A DNA stretch of 64,000 bases. Source: Phoronis australis (taxonomy: Eukaryota > Animalia > Phoronida). Below, one piece after another: positions 40,593 to 54,179 of this stretch. The position numbers and the translations under genes are program-made. The number at the start of each line of letters is the position of its first letter. Position 1 is the stretch's first letter. The notes below the pieces were generated by a model. It worked only from the letters and a program-made list of their open reading frames with translations. It was not told where the DNA came from and made no database searches. The stretch lies in the NCBI GenBank assembly GCA_002633005.1, contig NMRA01000537.1, positions 1 through 64,000 of the forward strand. The letters run 5' to 3'.

Positions 40593-41765
40593 AGAGAAAT
40601 GCACCTCACACGAAACTCTTATTCGTGTGAAACAGCGTCTGTAGTCAGCCGGATCTGGCGTCCTCGTAGTAGCGTCAGCGTTTGAAGTTTTCAGGGACAA
40701 TATCCATATGTTAAAGAACTTGGAATGTGAAAGCTCGTCAAACATATTTTTTAACAATTCGTGACGATAGCACCGTCTCGCAACGTCTACTACAGAGTTA
40801 TTCGCTTTCACATGTGAGGGAATTTCCCGAAAAAAATCTCAAAATTCATGATTTTTGAAATAAGCGCGAAGAAAAAACTCTGTAATCACCACAGATTTGC
40901 TTATCTCCCTCCCGCTCATGATAAATGCGCGCATGCGCTCACAGTCATTTGACAAATAGCTGTCTGACGGCAGATTATCATGTGTGCTCGCACTACAAAT
41001 CGGAGATCGGCATCGCAGTAAGATTAAAGCCACTGAAGCAAGCGAATTTCCAAAAATGGCCCCAAGTGCATTTTAGAATATATTTGAATACTATGAAACC
41101 TTTACCACTAATTTTAAACGTTTAGGACTTGCATCAAGTGCCTCTTAATCGGACTGATTGCTGCTTGAAGTCGCCATTGTTCTGTTTACATCAAAGGTCC
41201 ATAAAAGGGAAGTCCATGTTTTGCAATACCAAATACGGAGAAGTGGCAAGCAGTTGACAGATGTTTTTTCTGAAATTTCAGACTAAAAGGAAAATGCTTT
41301 GACATCAACAGAAATTGAAATGTTTACCAACAAACCGTAAAAATACCTGAGGACCAAGATGAATTGTGATCCATTGGCAGAGAAAAACTGAATAATGCAA
41401 TTTAGTGTTTTTTTCGCGTTCCGGGCTTCTTAAAGTGTGCATGTAACATCGTGCGTAATTGATAATTTACCCCGTCGATGTAAGTCTTTTAATAATCAAA
41501 GATATTAAGATAATACGCAATACTAGCCAATATTATGCTATATTGAACGGAAACAATGAAAAACCCGTTTTTCACTTACAAGCAAGAAATAAACCCTTTG
41601 CTTAGAAATCTGCTTTTTGTTAAAGCTTGGTAGATTTTCGTTCTAGTCTTTTGAAATAAAGAAAGTGAAAATAGAAATGTTGATAGAGATCCGTAATTGC
41701 TTTGCGAAAATTGGCTATGCATTGCACAATCCGGTGAGTTAAATGTTTATCGTTTTCATTTGCAG

Positions 41766-43679
41766 TCGTTCCTGAAAAGATTGTTTCGGAGGAAGCCTAG
41801 CTACCAAATGTTGCTAAAATGTGCAGCCCTTGGTGTTTTGGTTATCATAGTCAAATTACATTGGCAAAAAGTTCCCGTTCACCGTCAGGTTCCCCTGGAG
41901 AGCTTTCCACCCGTTCCTGTTGGAATGCAAGGTTGTCACTACCCAGACATGGAGCCTTGGACGCCAATGATCAAGCCGTTTGTGAAGCAACTTCCACCAC
42001 TCGTTTGTAGTAACATGAATAACTGGATCGATATTATTAATGGGAAATTCATCATTTCGCCAGATGCTGTTAAACAATTTGGTCAGATTTCCTGCCAGTA
42101 TAAAGTTTTTGAAAGACACAATGACGTGACCACGTCCGAAGGACCGACGCGAACCATAAAAAATAATACTGATATTCCTTCAGACTTCTTCCGCGTAAAC
42201 TGTAATAGCACTTCCGGTCAGACGTATAGCAATGGGCACGCAGGAATTCATCCAATATCGGAACTTGTCGAAGCGGTCAAACCGTCCACGTCCAGTGGGT
42301 TAGGATTGAATGTCCTGATCTTCGGGTTCGACTCTGTGTCCCGGATGTCGATGATGAGGAAGATGCCCAAGACTTACAACTATCTTGTCAATCACTTGCA
42401 AGCTGTTGTCCTTAAAGGGTATAATATTGTCGGCGATGGAACTCCACAGGCACTGATTCCCATACTCACGGGGAAAACTGAGCTGGAACTTCCTCGAATT
42501 TTAAAGAGGCTCAACAGCAAATTGCACGCTGACGTTTTCCCGTTCGCATGGAATAATTTCTCGGATCACGGGTACGTTACAGCGTGGTCGGAGGACAGTC
42601 CAGATATTGGTACATTCACTTATCGCATGACAGGATTTAAGGAACAACCAACACATCATTATATGAGAGTATTTCACAACATCATGAGCACATCTTCACT
42701 GTGTATCGGCGATCGTTCGCGGCTACGTGTCGTGCTCGACTGGATAAAGGACTTTGTGATCGCATATCCAAACCGGCCGAAATTTGGTTTTGTCTTCCAT
42801 AACGAGCTGAGTCACGGTGGCAATGACCCTTTACAATACGGAGACGACTACCTACAACAGAACTTACAGTTTTATAAAGACTCGGGTCTACTTAATCGGA
42901 CTATGCTAATTGTAATGTCTGATCATGGACTAAGATACAGTGGATTCCGTTCAACGGTTCGTGGCAAGCAAGAGGAGAGGAATCCTTTCTTTTCATTTGT
43001 TCTTCCTGACTGGTTCAAAATCAAGCATGCAAAAGCGTACAACAATTTGGTAAAGAACTCCGAGCGCCTGACGACGCCTTTTGACATACATCCAACTTTA
43101 TTGGACATCCTAAACTTCGACGGACCGACGGTTGGTACTTTGTCAGATAGGAGTATTAATCTGTTCCGAGAAATTCCGGTGGAGAGAACATGCCCGGATG
43201 CTGGCATTGAAGCTCATTGGTGCAACTGTTTGCAGTTTTCATCGATAGCAGTAAACGACTCGGACGTGTTAAAGGCTGCGAAGGCTGTGGTTGATCAAAT
43301 AAATAAAGTAACAGACTATAAGCGAAACATCTGCTCAAAATTGGATCTCAGCGAAATTCGCGCGGCTGTTGTTTTTCAGCACACAAAGAGCATGTTGGCG
43401 TTTAAAAAAACGTTCGATGCAGACGGCTTTGCTCCCGAGCTGAGTGACACCACTCACGCCACACTACGGCTGTTGCAATTAACTATTTTAACCAGCCCAA
43501 ATGACGGTCTTTACGAGGCAACAGTAAAACAAAACCTGGACAATAACATTTTCTACGTGGACAGAGCCGACATTAGCCGTCTTAATAAATACGGAAACAC
43601 TGCACACTGTGTCAAAGATGATGCTCCCGACGATAGAAAGTTTTGTTTTTGCAAGGACATGATGTCAACTGGTCCATAG
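41766..43679 (+). CDS. DUF229-like type II membrane protein (paralog 2), main coding exon
   Basis: Open frame 41697-43679 with the same motifs; about 35 aa differences from paralog 1 over ~580 core residues, counted by eye. Acceptor ttttcatttgcag ends at 41765 (phase 0); internal ATG at 41808. Confidence 0.9.
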   Translation, partial: SFLKRLFRRKPSYQMLLKCAALGVLVIIVKLHWQKVPVHRQVPLESFPPVPVGMQGCHYPDMEPWTPMIKPFVKQLPPLVCSNMNNWIDIINGKFIISPDAVKQFGQISCQYKVFERHNDVTTSEGPTRTIKNNTDIPSDFFRVNCNSTSGQTYSNGHAGIHPISELVEAVKPSTSSGLGLNVLIFGFDSVSRMSMMRKMPKTYNYLVNHLQAVVLKGYNIVGDGTPQALIPILTGKTELELPRILKRLNSKLHADVFPFAWNNFSDHGYVTAWSEDSPDIGTFTYRMTGFKEQPTHHYMRVFHNIMSTSSLCIGDRSRLRVVLDWIKDFVIAYPNRPKFGFVFHNELSHGGNDPLQYGDDYLQQNLQFYKDSGLLNRTMLIVMSDHGLRYSGFRSTVRGKQEERNPFFSFVLPDWFKIKHAKAYNNLVKNSERLTTPFDIHPTLLDILNFDGPTVGTLSDRSINLFREIPVERTCPDAGIEAHWCNCLQFSSIAVNDSDVLKAAKAVVDQINKVTDYKRNICSKLDLSEIRAAVVFQHTKSMLAFKKTFDADGFAPELSDTTHATLRLLQLTILTSPNDGLYEATVKQNLDNNIFYVDRADISRLNKYGNTAHCVKDDAPDDRKFCFCKDMMSTGP

Positions 43680-46600
43680 TGACGAATTCCTCCTGACGTA
43701 AAAGTTTCTCTTCAAATGGAATGCTCTAAAAGCAGTATCTTCCAGTTTCATCGTGAACTTTAACTTTTTGAAGTTTTCAAACCTTGATAAGTATAGCGAA
43801 ACTCCTGCCACCACCCTGTAAACATGCCCTGTAAAGGATCGATTTAGAGAAATCATGAATTTCTCCATTATCACGACTGGTCAACCCCGGCCAATTCGTT
43901 CTGTCCACTTTCCATTCGCACTAGGGGGCTAGTCATCAATAGAATGACTCTCTTCATTAAGTCACATAGTGAGGGTAATTACTGTTTCCAACCAGATCAT
44001 ATCTAAACAAAAAAACTTGAAAGAAGCAGGCTCTGTTATCCAATTTTGTTTTTGGGACACGAAAACCTATGGAACCATAAAATCTGAATACAAACTGGAC
44101 TTTGTGATCCCTTGAATTTTGAGAACCAGTTCTCTCTACTGAATAACGAGCATTGAGCTGGTTCTCAAAATACGGGCACATTATATCAGACTATTGCCCA
44201 TTTTCTTTTTGGGACACGATCACCTATGGAAAAATAAAACCTGAATAAAAATTAGAATATGTGTTCACTGAAAATTGATAAAGTAAGAGCAATTTTTTCA
44301 CCAAAACCCCAAGCCTTGAGCTTTTCACTGAAAGTTAGTTTCCAGCATGGTGCACAATAGAAGCTGTGGCAAAAAGGTAAATAAAACCAGTGGTGCTGAA
44401 GAAAACTTGTTTAAAGGGCATGTTCATGACGTGGGGAAAGTCGATACAATCATGTGAACAGGGTTTTTTAATTAGAAAAAATAGAACTCTATAATTTTGT
44501 AAACTGGTAAACTCGTTGGATGTTTTCTGGTTTTGTAACTTCTCTAGTCACTAGGCGATTTGAGTTGTAGACCTTTGAGTAGTGACACCTCGTAATCAAT
44601 TTTCTGTGTATAAACAGAGAGAAATATGGGAAATGACCAAACGTTGTTATGACAAGTTCGTTTAATATATCTGTTAGGCGTAATTCCTGTTTTTTTTTGT
44701 CATTTTGTGAATTATGTACGAAATGTTTGCTTCTTGTAAATATGTTCCATATTGCTTGCTAATAGTGAAATTTCTCACTCTGATATCTGCATTCCGCCCT
44801 GTTCAGTTGTCAACGCTGAATAGTTAACAAATAACAACCAACGCGCCTTGGAGATTAAAAAGATTACTACGTTCATCCGCTCTAGAATTGTTGACGAATG
44901 AACCGGTCGCTCAAGTCACACAAAATGCATTTTCGAATTCGCACTTTTTAGGTTGGCCATCCACAATAAAGCATTCTGGGTCACTGCTGGTAACGAAAAT
45001 GAAATATTATCACGGTAACGAATATTACGCGATCAAATTCATGGAACTAAGAGTTCTGATTCGATTTTTGATTTTCAGCTAGCTAAACAGGAGGAAATGG
45101 AACTGCAAATACAAAACAGTTTTTGCATAAGTAGTGTCATCCGTGTAATTTGTTTTAATACATTAAGTATTTGGACTGCAAGTATTTCGTCACTGCAATT
45201 CCCAATTTAAACCAATTATTATGAAAAGGCGTTCTTTCTCTGACCTTCAACTAGTCATTCTAAACAGGGTTAAGTGACACTATGAGATACTGTGCTTTGC
45301 GCACTGTTCTCCAAATGCTGTTGGGATTTGTTTTCAGAATAAGGGTCTATCAAAAATAGAACTCTTATATGGAAGCACTATGTTGTTATCCCGTTTGTCC
45401 GTCTGCACGTCCGTCCGTCCGTCCGTCCGTCTGGCGCCTGTTGCTGTATCCCCAAAAACCGTTGATGTATGTTCATGAAACTGTGTAGATATGTTCTTTT
45501 CACTTAAGGGAAGTGACGTCATATATGCGTTGATAGCGAGTAATGACGTCACGGCTTTTGTGTAAGATCACAAATTTTGTCCAAACTGTAAATAATTCAA
45601 CGGTACCCGAATGTGATTTTATTCAGGCTGGCACCACAGAGACTGGAAATGACACTTCATCAAACTTGGGAGTAATATATATTGGTCCTAGATAAAACGT
45701 ATACGTAGGCATAGGGCCTACTCTTTATACAAACGTGTATGTGTGTGTATATATTATAGTTACACACTGAACTATTACAGACACTAATGTCATTGCATCG
45801 ATTTTGGTTTGATATTTAATGTTTCCTACTTATCATCGGGTTATTAATTCAGTTTAAACATGTCCTTCAGGGATTTATCGCAGTGCATGCCAATTTATAT
45901 ACATGTGTAAAGATGATTGATTTTTCTAAGCTAAGAATTCTTTATAGGTCCTTAAAAGAAATGGACCTTACCTAGAAATGTTGCGTGACATAATTGAAGT
46001 TGAATAATTATTACCCCCTCATTGTTCTGTACTTGCGATCACGCATATCTTTGCAAAAACGTCTGGAATATTCGTGTACGTAGCAGATAGCGACTCAACT
46101 GTCTTGCTGTAGCTTAGTGGTCAGCACAACTATGATTCACTTGAGACAGGCAGCTTAGCTCGTACCGGCCGTCTGCGCTCGTTCTAAGGTCAAGATTCAG
46201 TTTGTTGTGATCCAGTTTCGGAAAAACTTTATTTTATTATGGTCTTTCTTCGAAAGAGTTTTTGTTTTTTGAAAAGATGAGGCCCCAAAGTCCCTGTTAT
46301 AGTGCCTTTGGGACTGTTTCAAAATCCCTATTTGAAACACGACCGGTAGTTCAGTTTCTGGTGGCTGAGGAAAAGCAATCAATTCAGTTTTGAAGGACAA
46401 AAAATCATTACTCAATACTACTAGAAACTAAAAACACCAAGGAACTGTGAAGACAACCTTTCCAAGAAATGAGTTTAATTTTATTTATTTGAGGATTTTA
46501 AAACGTGTTTTCTATCTACGGTTTGTGTGTACGAATTTCATCAATGTTTTTGAGAGTTATTTTAGATATGCAAAAATCGTCTAAGTGTACTTTACTATTT

Positions 46601-48269
46601 GGGAATCGGATTGGCAGAGTTTTTCCAACTTCATGCAGCAATTAAATTCACTGAATTATCACCAATTCTTACAAGATTAGCTTCTAACTGTCAAAAATCA
46701 TCTATGAATCTATCGATATCTGTAGATACATAAACAAGTAAATCAGAAACCAACGAATTTGTTTATCCAACAGGAATGTTATGCGCAATTTTTGCAGGGT
46801 ATTCGTATTAAGGTTTTTTTTCAGAGGTACCTATAACGGTTCACGATGTAAACTTGAATTCCACTGACAAAAAAAACATTGAAATCTTTGTTTATGATTG
46901 CGAGATTTCTTTGAGTACCCCTTTCGACATGTACACGATCATCACAAATAGTAGCCTAGACAGCAATGTTCTCCACATGTGGGAATTCCTTAAAAACAAC
47001 TCATAGTGACCATGTTCAAAAGAGATTCTATTCTTGTGGTACTACGGGAAACAGTAACATTATTTTATAACTAACCATCGGAAATAGTCCTTTTGAGTAA
47101 TTCACAAGTAGTAGTTTTCACGTTCTTCAAAATTTACGTGAACAACCTCGTTGAAAACGTCTGTGCACATCAAAGTTGGGTGCAAAACATATAACAATTT
47201 ATTTCAATTGAAACTGAATTAATACATGATGCAATGCATTTTTATGTCGTCTAGAGTAACTGTAAGCACTGTAGTTGATTTGTGTGGTCTTACGTCGGTC
47301 ACGACTTTAGGGCCTCATTCAAAATGGCCGGCGACATCAGCGTTCATTTCAAAACTCTGCTTACGGAGACAAACAAGGATTAAGATTGGTAAAACACGTA
47401 TATTTGTGAAGGCTGATATACAGTGTATGTCCATGACATCACATGAGCACTTGCTGACGGACATTGGGTAGTATGACCATCAGCTGCTTATTATGCTTAT
47501 GTTCACACTTTAGGGCACTGGTGTCTAATTACAGAAATTCATTAGCAGTAATAGAATGGCTGCAGGACGGGATTGAACTGGAACCTGGTACAACACTTCG
47601 GGGTGGCAGGTGACACCAGTGCATTATTAATTAAAATGCGTTTGCCTGAGTTACTTGAATGAATCTGTGTAATATTTCTGATGCTAAAATGTTTAGTGCC
47701 GATCATCACGAATTGTTGTGTCGCCTCTCCCTCCCCCCTCCTCCCCTCCGGAGAGGGTTCCGCCCGAGACAAAGCTCCCTCCATCCTAGCTACAGGTGCG
47801 CCACTCAGAATGTACACAGAAGTCCTTGCCCTGACTGTTGCATGTTTCTGTATGCATTATACATTGCTCCTTGCTAGCTCAAAGGTTTAATTTTGCCATT
47901 TATATTTACCGTCAGTCTTAACGAACTTGAACGTTCGTATTCTTCACTGTCTTAATCATATTTTCTAAACTTAGAATAAGTAATGCTTGTGTAAAAATCT
48001 TGCACCTCCATTTTGGTTGATATGAATTCTGATGAGACTGATTATCGCTCACATATACATGTATCAGTCTGATTAGGATCGTTTTTGGTCAGTGACAAGA
48101 ATTCGTATAAATTACTAGGGCTGACGAAAAAACTTAGATCTTATATTACACCATTCGTTAATATTAATTCTTATCAACATCTTATAACATGTCATACCAT
48201 TCTTAGAAACAGTCGAAATTAATCTATTTTAAAGAGTCATTTGTAATAAATTTATCAAAGGTAATTGAT

Positions 48270-48372
48270 TGTGTACACCTGTCGTGCACGCGCAGACTTA
48301 GTGCTTGTGTGCACCGGTCGTGCACGCGCAGATATTGTCCCTGTGTACACTTGTCCTGCACGCGCAGATATA
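48270..48372 (+). repeat. Minisatellite, three units of ~36 bp
   Basis: tgtgtacacc.gtcgtgcacgcgcaga repeated three times. Confidence 0.8.
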
Positions 48373-50474
48373 CATGTATGTAGAGGGACAAAGGGAAATT
48401 TACCCCGAACTACTCCACCGAGAGAGGGCACCGTCTGAAATGGGACACCTTAAGTTGAAAGGCTAAACATCATTAAGCTGGGAAAAAAGTGACAGTTCAT
48501 TTCACCGTCGTGTGGTCCCAAAACGATGTAAGGTTGACCTCCTTCAAAAAAGAAATCACAATTTCACAAAAAACAGGAAAATAGAGGTAATCGATTCCAA
48601 CATTGGGCCCTCTCCCCGTGAGCGGCCCCGAAAGAATTTGTCATTAAAAACACAAAAAGGTGGCCACTTGAATGTTATAAATGGCCTCCTTCAAGGGCGA
48701 GGACTCTTAAATATGAAAAAACCTATATTTTCAAATATCAGGAAGTGCGCAACAATTGCTGTTATCTGTCAGGTCATCAAGTTTTCTCAAGCGATATACA
48801 GTTTCGAGAAAAAAGTATAAAGCGAAGGTTGTCTCCGTTATCAGGGGCCTCTAGAAAAATATAGTTTTGCATTCGCAAAATTGACTTACTGAATTTAAAC
48901 ATCTAGTAAATTAGTACGCTCCGCAAAAGCTTCGCTTTACAAATTTTCTCGATTTTTCGAAATACATGTTTGCGTTTAGACGACCGGTGATGCAAAAGCG
49001 AAGATCATAACGACAGTGTCCTGGCCAGGGTCCTCAAAAGGTACTCCATGCACTGATGCAGGTTTGTTTAATATTGTCTTGAATTTTCTCTCTTATCCGT
49101 TTTTCGCAGTCTTTCTTTTCTCGGCTGTCCCCGGCACCGCGCCTATATCGGTTGCCACGGTTTAACCCAGACGCTTGAAAATTTTTTGGGGGGCCCGTGC
49201 NACCCCCCCCCCGTTTCCTACGGCACTGGATTAGCAGGCATGAAAAAGTGTAAGATAACTATATCGCCATGACCACGATTGGCAGGGCTAGGATGGCAAG
49301 AAAAAATTCCCGAAAGAACCCTGCATTTTCAAACAAAGTCTTTAGCATTTGCATTCATAATAATTCTTAATTGCGCTCAAATGTATTAAAACAGCAGTCT
49401 TCTATAAGCTCTGATGCAGTGTCATCACCCAATTCATTTTCAGACTAAAAGTCCTTCGAACTAAAATTCCTTTGCTTTGAAGACTATCGAAGGTCCTTCG
49501 GAATACAGGATCGACCAACCCCATCCCAGCACATCTCGTATAGACAATAAAGAAATAATAGCTGAACAGGTATTACCGTATGCTAGGCATCACCAAGAAA
49601 TGAATTTTGAATTAAAATAGAAATTGCATGGTAAAATTTGAAAAACAAGTAATTTTAGTTACATGAAATACCTTTCAGACGATCTATCAGAAAAGCTCTT
49701 GGTTATTTTAGCACAACTGAACACCTTGTGACGAAAACGGCACCTCCTCATTTCTTCATCTGAAACAAATTATAAATGCAGTGATCTATGCTGCACTTTT
49801 ACGTTTGTTTTCATTTGTTTGGCTTACTTAAAGCTGTCTTCTACATTTCCATTAACATGAGTTTGAAAGGTTAAATGGTTCAACTAGTAAACAATAAATA
49901 TGTTGGGATGCCAACTGTTGCAAATAACGAAATGTGCAATGTTTTACAATGCTACTTGATAAGTCTGAAAAACAGTCTCTATCCTAGCGGAATAAGAATC
50001 AAAATGACTCTGTAGTTACCTTATGAAAGTATTAAATCAAAGTAGTGATTCATTAGGACCTCGCACTCACGAGTTTAAGAACATAAAATTATAGAAACCA
50101 TGCGACAATTTGTAGAATCTGCGAAAATTTATAAGTATATTTTCCTTAAACTCATAACACCTTCATAACTCACCCATGTGAAGTTGCATGTTTCCCTAAT
50201 CCGAGAAAACAAGCACCAAATTATACCTTCATCTGTATCATTGTCACTTGAACTGAATGGATTGGCGACATTCTCATCTGAAAAAAAATCAAAACTGTCA
50301 ATAGAAATGAATTGCTGTCTATAGTCCAAGGGGTCTATAGTCCGAAAACAATGGGATCTATCGTCCGAAAAGTCAATAGTCGGAAAAATAGTTTTTTTAC
50401 ATTATTCCGTAATCTACAGAATTAAATGTCTTCAAGATTTCAGATAATTTTACATCATATTCTGCATCTTTCAA

Positions 50475-50544
50475 AATTCCGTATTTCCGGGTTCGCGGCA
50501 AGTTCCGCAAAATGGCGGTGTTTCTTCGGGTGCGAATCGTGAGT
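50475..50544 (+). promoter_or_regulatory. CpG-rich candidate promoter and first coding exon (MAVFLRVRI|gtgagt)
   Basis: Local CpG cluster, ETS-like ttccgg, YY1-like aaaatggcgg overlapping the ATG at 50512, 27-nt frame, then consensus donor GTGAGT at 50539 (phase 0). Confidence 0.5.
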
Positions 50545-52426
50545 GGCGCGTTCATTTAAACTGTTTTCGAGTACGGATCGTGTATTAGTTATGGGGTAGG
50601 TACTTCTTGGATCCTTATAACATCTTCTAACCATGTAATAAGGGTTAACAACGCGTGAGAGAAGGACTTTAACTCTTCGGAGTATTGACCAATCGAGCCA
50701 CAGAACCTTTGGACCAACCATCCCTTAATTATCGAGTATGTTAAGCGGACATCAAAGTTACTAATAGAATTCAAAGATATTTTTAGGTATTTTTTCACAT
50801 TGTCTGGTCTGGTGTTTGTGCCGTCCTTTTAATGACAACAGAAAATATGTTTAGTGAAAACACATTCTAGTCACATAGTTAGTAAAGATTTGAGAACCTG
50901 CATATTTTGGCAACCCAGAGAAAATAACTTCAGTAAATCATTTTACCCTAGAATTTCCCGTTTCAAGTTTGAGATTTTGTTTTCAGTCACTGATTTCAAA
51001 GGCTTCATTTAAGATTTGAAAATGATCTTAAAGGTTGATACTAGATCACTCACATTAAATCAATGTGAAAACATGAACTGTTTCATGCTACATTAAGAAG
51101 ATACCCACATTTAAAGAACTGGGCAAGCAAGACAGCATATCTATACCTTTGGTCGCTAATTTTCCAGGCTTGTTTGAAGTGTAAAATATTTTGTAAGGAA
51201 AGGTTTGTGCTTGGCATGTAGAATTGAACCAGATCAAAGTGTAAAAGTTTTATGAGCGATTTAACTCAATACCTCAAGATATGGTTTAGTGTAAATGCTA
51301 GCATGTATATGTACATATGCCGATTTGCTTCTTAGGCAAAGTTAGAATTTGTTATATGCATGCCTAATTATTGCTTATTTATTTGATACAGGGATTCCAT
51401 CTTACTAGAGGGCCTTTTGTAGCGTTCCAGTCCACAAAATGGACGAATTTCGTAGGAAAATCGCTACTGAAACGGCACCCAATTGTAAGGAATTCTCTCA
51501 GAAAAGGCACCATATCGCAGTGAATCTGGAAAATCCTACTAAAATTATTCTCAGCGATATAAAGCAGAGTAATCTAAAACTATCTGGATTTTATAGTAAA
51601 AGGAATTTTTCAGCTCATAATAAAGGGGTGGTTAGATTTTGAAATGTTTTGAGGAAGCTAGGACAGATGCGAGTATTTGGCCGCATCTTCTGCATTAGAA
51701 ATAGTTTCGATCTAGGACACTGCCAAATGCATGTCAGCCATCCATTATGCCAAAATTTTGCAATAACTTAAATAATCAAAATATTAAGAAATTTGAAAGA
51801 CTTACCATAGACTTAGATCTTGAATGTACCATCTTCTACACAAACATACTCGTAGCAGATAAAACGAAGTAAAGCTTGTCTCAACTCCAACTCAAAAATG
51901 CTAAAATCAAAACCTTAGAGGCTTGTTGCAGTGGAAGGTCAAGTAACTTAATATCCTGTATGGCCATTACATAACACTGTACCAATGTAGGTCACATATG
52001 GCAGTCTGGAGCAGGGCACTCATATTAACAGTGACATCTTTTGGGAGAGCCTTATCACAGTTATATATAGGATGTCCTTATGAAACCAAGTTGTTGAGAA
52101 AATACACGTGGAGAAACTGTGCATGTCAAATAACCGTTTCTGATAGGTCTGAAATTGTGGGGCATTATATATACCCCACAATTTTTTGCAACCCCACAGT
52201 AAAGGTCTCATATATAAAGATGCCCCAGATCTGTATAGTTCTCTTAGTATATATATCCATGTATATAAATATATGTGTATGTGTGTGTATCTAAAAGGAA
52301 TAATATTTATATACAGATAAGTTATAAATACGTTAAAAACTAAGACTGTTGTATGGATGAACTATAAATATACACGTTAACAAGCAATTGCATATGTTTC
52401 TTTACTACTGTACTACTACACTACTT

Positions 52427-53972
52427 TTAAATATTCTGATTGACGTTACTTTTACTTACATATGAAAATTTCGACCACTGGTGTTTTGCATGAAGTGTGG
52501 ATACGATTGGGAATGATGGTATTAAGGTTGTGATTGCTGCTGTTGTTGATGTGGTTGTGGATGAGGATGTAGATGAATTACATTTTGCATTGTCTGGACC
52601 ATTTGTCCCATCATTGTCATTAGACTGGTCATCTGCGCAGCTTCCTGCTGCTGCTGCTGTTGGTGCAACAGAGCGCTTTGTTCCCTCATGAAAGCCCCGC
52701 TGCGCCTCACGCCACTCGTCCTGAGCTTTGAGGCTTTGCTGCATCGCTTCTCTTAGAGGGGCAGCCTCTCTGTCATCATGTTTCAAAACCTTTTCCAACC
52801 GTGCCGGAGCCTCACTTGCTCACCGCTTCCGCTTGCTTGCCCCTGGCATGACAAGCCTGGCGTGCCGTTCAGTAGACGCTAGGACCTAGGCTAGGACCTA
52901 GCTAAAACTTAGTCAAAGTCACGTGTTCTCATTTAAAATACACGGCAATATCTCACGTAATCTCGCGAAGTCTTGCTTTTTAGCGAGGTCCTAGCGTTAC
53001 TGAACTGGAGGCTGGATGAAGCGCAGCCAGGTGTGGTCGACCTGCTGCTTCCGCTGGTCGAAGCCTCGCTTGGTGTTTCACACCTGGCATCATCATCCTC
53101 TGTATTGTCTTCAGCTGAAATAAGAATGTAAATGTGATTAACATGATTAGCTACCAGTGTAATTGAACTTAAATGTCGCTTAGAGTTTTGTTTTATGTTT
53201 TGAAATAAAACAATTTAAAAACATGGCTCATAACTTAAAGCATGACTCAAAGCTTTTCAAACATGGAACTGGTTATATTTTAATACCATGTGGAGGCAAA
53301 CATTTGACAGCACCACAAAGGGGATAAGTGCAGCATTGTATTCAGCAAGTCACTTCTTAACCAGTAAGCATTTTCACTTACCACCATCTTCCAGGAGTCT
53401 GTCTTCCTCACAATCGCCATCTTCACTTGCTCATTGGTTCGTCGGGGGAACCCCATTGCTGCCATCTTATCAACGATGATGTTATACACTCTATCGTTTT
53501 TTTCTTTGCCGTCCAGAATGGCAAGGACGGACGCCTCGCCCCAGGCGGCTACTAGGACATCTACTTCTTGCGGCAACCAACGACTGCCACGTTGCATGGA
53601 TGACGAACATGTTTTTGAGAGATTATTCATTAGAAAGAAGCTGATTTCGGATAAACAATCACACGTTGAACACTGAGAAATGGCGATGAACTTACGTCCC
53701 GAGTGCGTTAGGTTTTTTTTTATTATTTATTTTTTTAGTGAAAACTTGAGTACTTCAACAGTTAGGCTTCGAGTGATGATTAACATAAAACGTTTTTCTT
53801 TGTTCACTAGTGATTACTTGAGGAAATTATTAGGAAGTACTTGCGACGACTGCCCTTTGTTGACGATTGCAGTGTCTTCTAGTGATAACTTCGATTGCAC
53901 CGGAATTAAGCGTTCATACTGCACCGCAACTCCCCAAACCATCGACGCGTCGACGTTAGTATGAAAGGCCCT
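52427..53972 (-). mobile_element. Harbinger-type element relic with a Myb/SANT (trihelix) DNA-binding gene
   Basis: RWLPQEVDVLVAAWGE...KNDRVYNIIVDKMAAMGFPRRTNEQVK; second exon after acceptor at ~53115, interrupted by a MITE; terminus-like AGGGCCTTTCATACTA at 53957-53972. No transposase or opposite TIR found. Confidence 0.7.
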
Positions 53973-54179
53973 TTTAGCAGCATAATAACGGTAGGAAGAC
54001 TGTAGTTTTTAATGACACTAGTTTTGTGTCAGGTTTTATCTTACCGACTTTTTTACCCACATCGGTGCAAAGCTGTATATTTATATACAGCATACACCTT
54101 TGGTCCAAGGCTAGTTACTACCGTACTTAGCCAGCCAGCTAGCAGTATGCAAGGTACCACCGCGCGTTTTTCTTCCATA

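Larger units (their letters stand above)
32740..45520 (+). repeat. Segmental duplication unit 2
   Basis: Colinear with unit 1 across the upstream region, CDS and 3' flank, with unit-specific insertions. Confidence 0.85.

Noticed and set aside
41697-41765. N-terminal extension MLCENW... of paralog 2 (and the TTG start of paralog 3)
   Set aside because: Non-ATG starts from the ORF caller; the sequence lies upstream of a conserved splice acceptor and is probably intronic.
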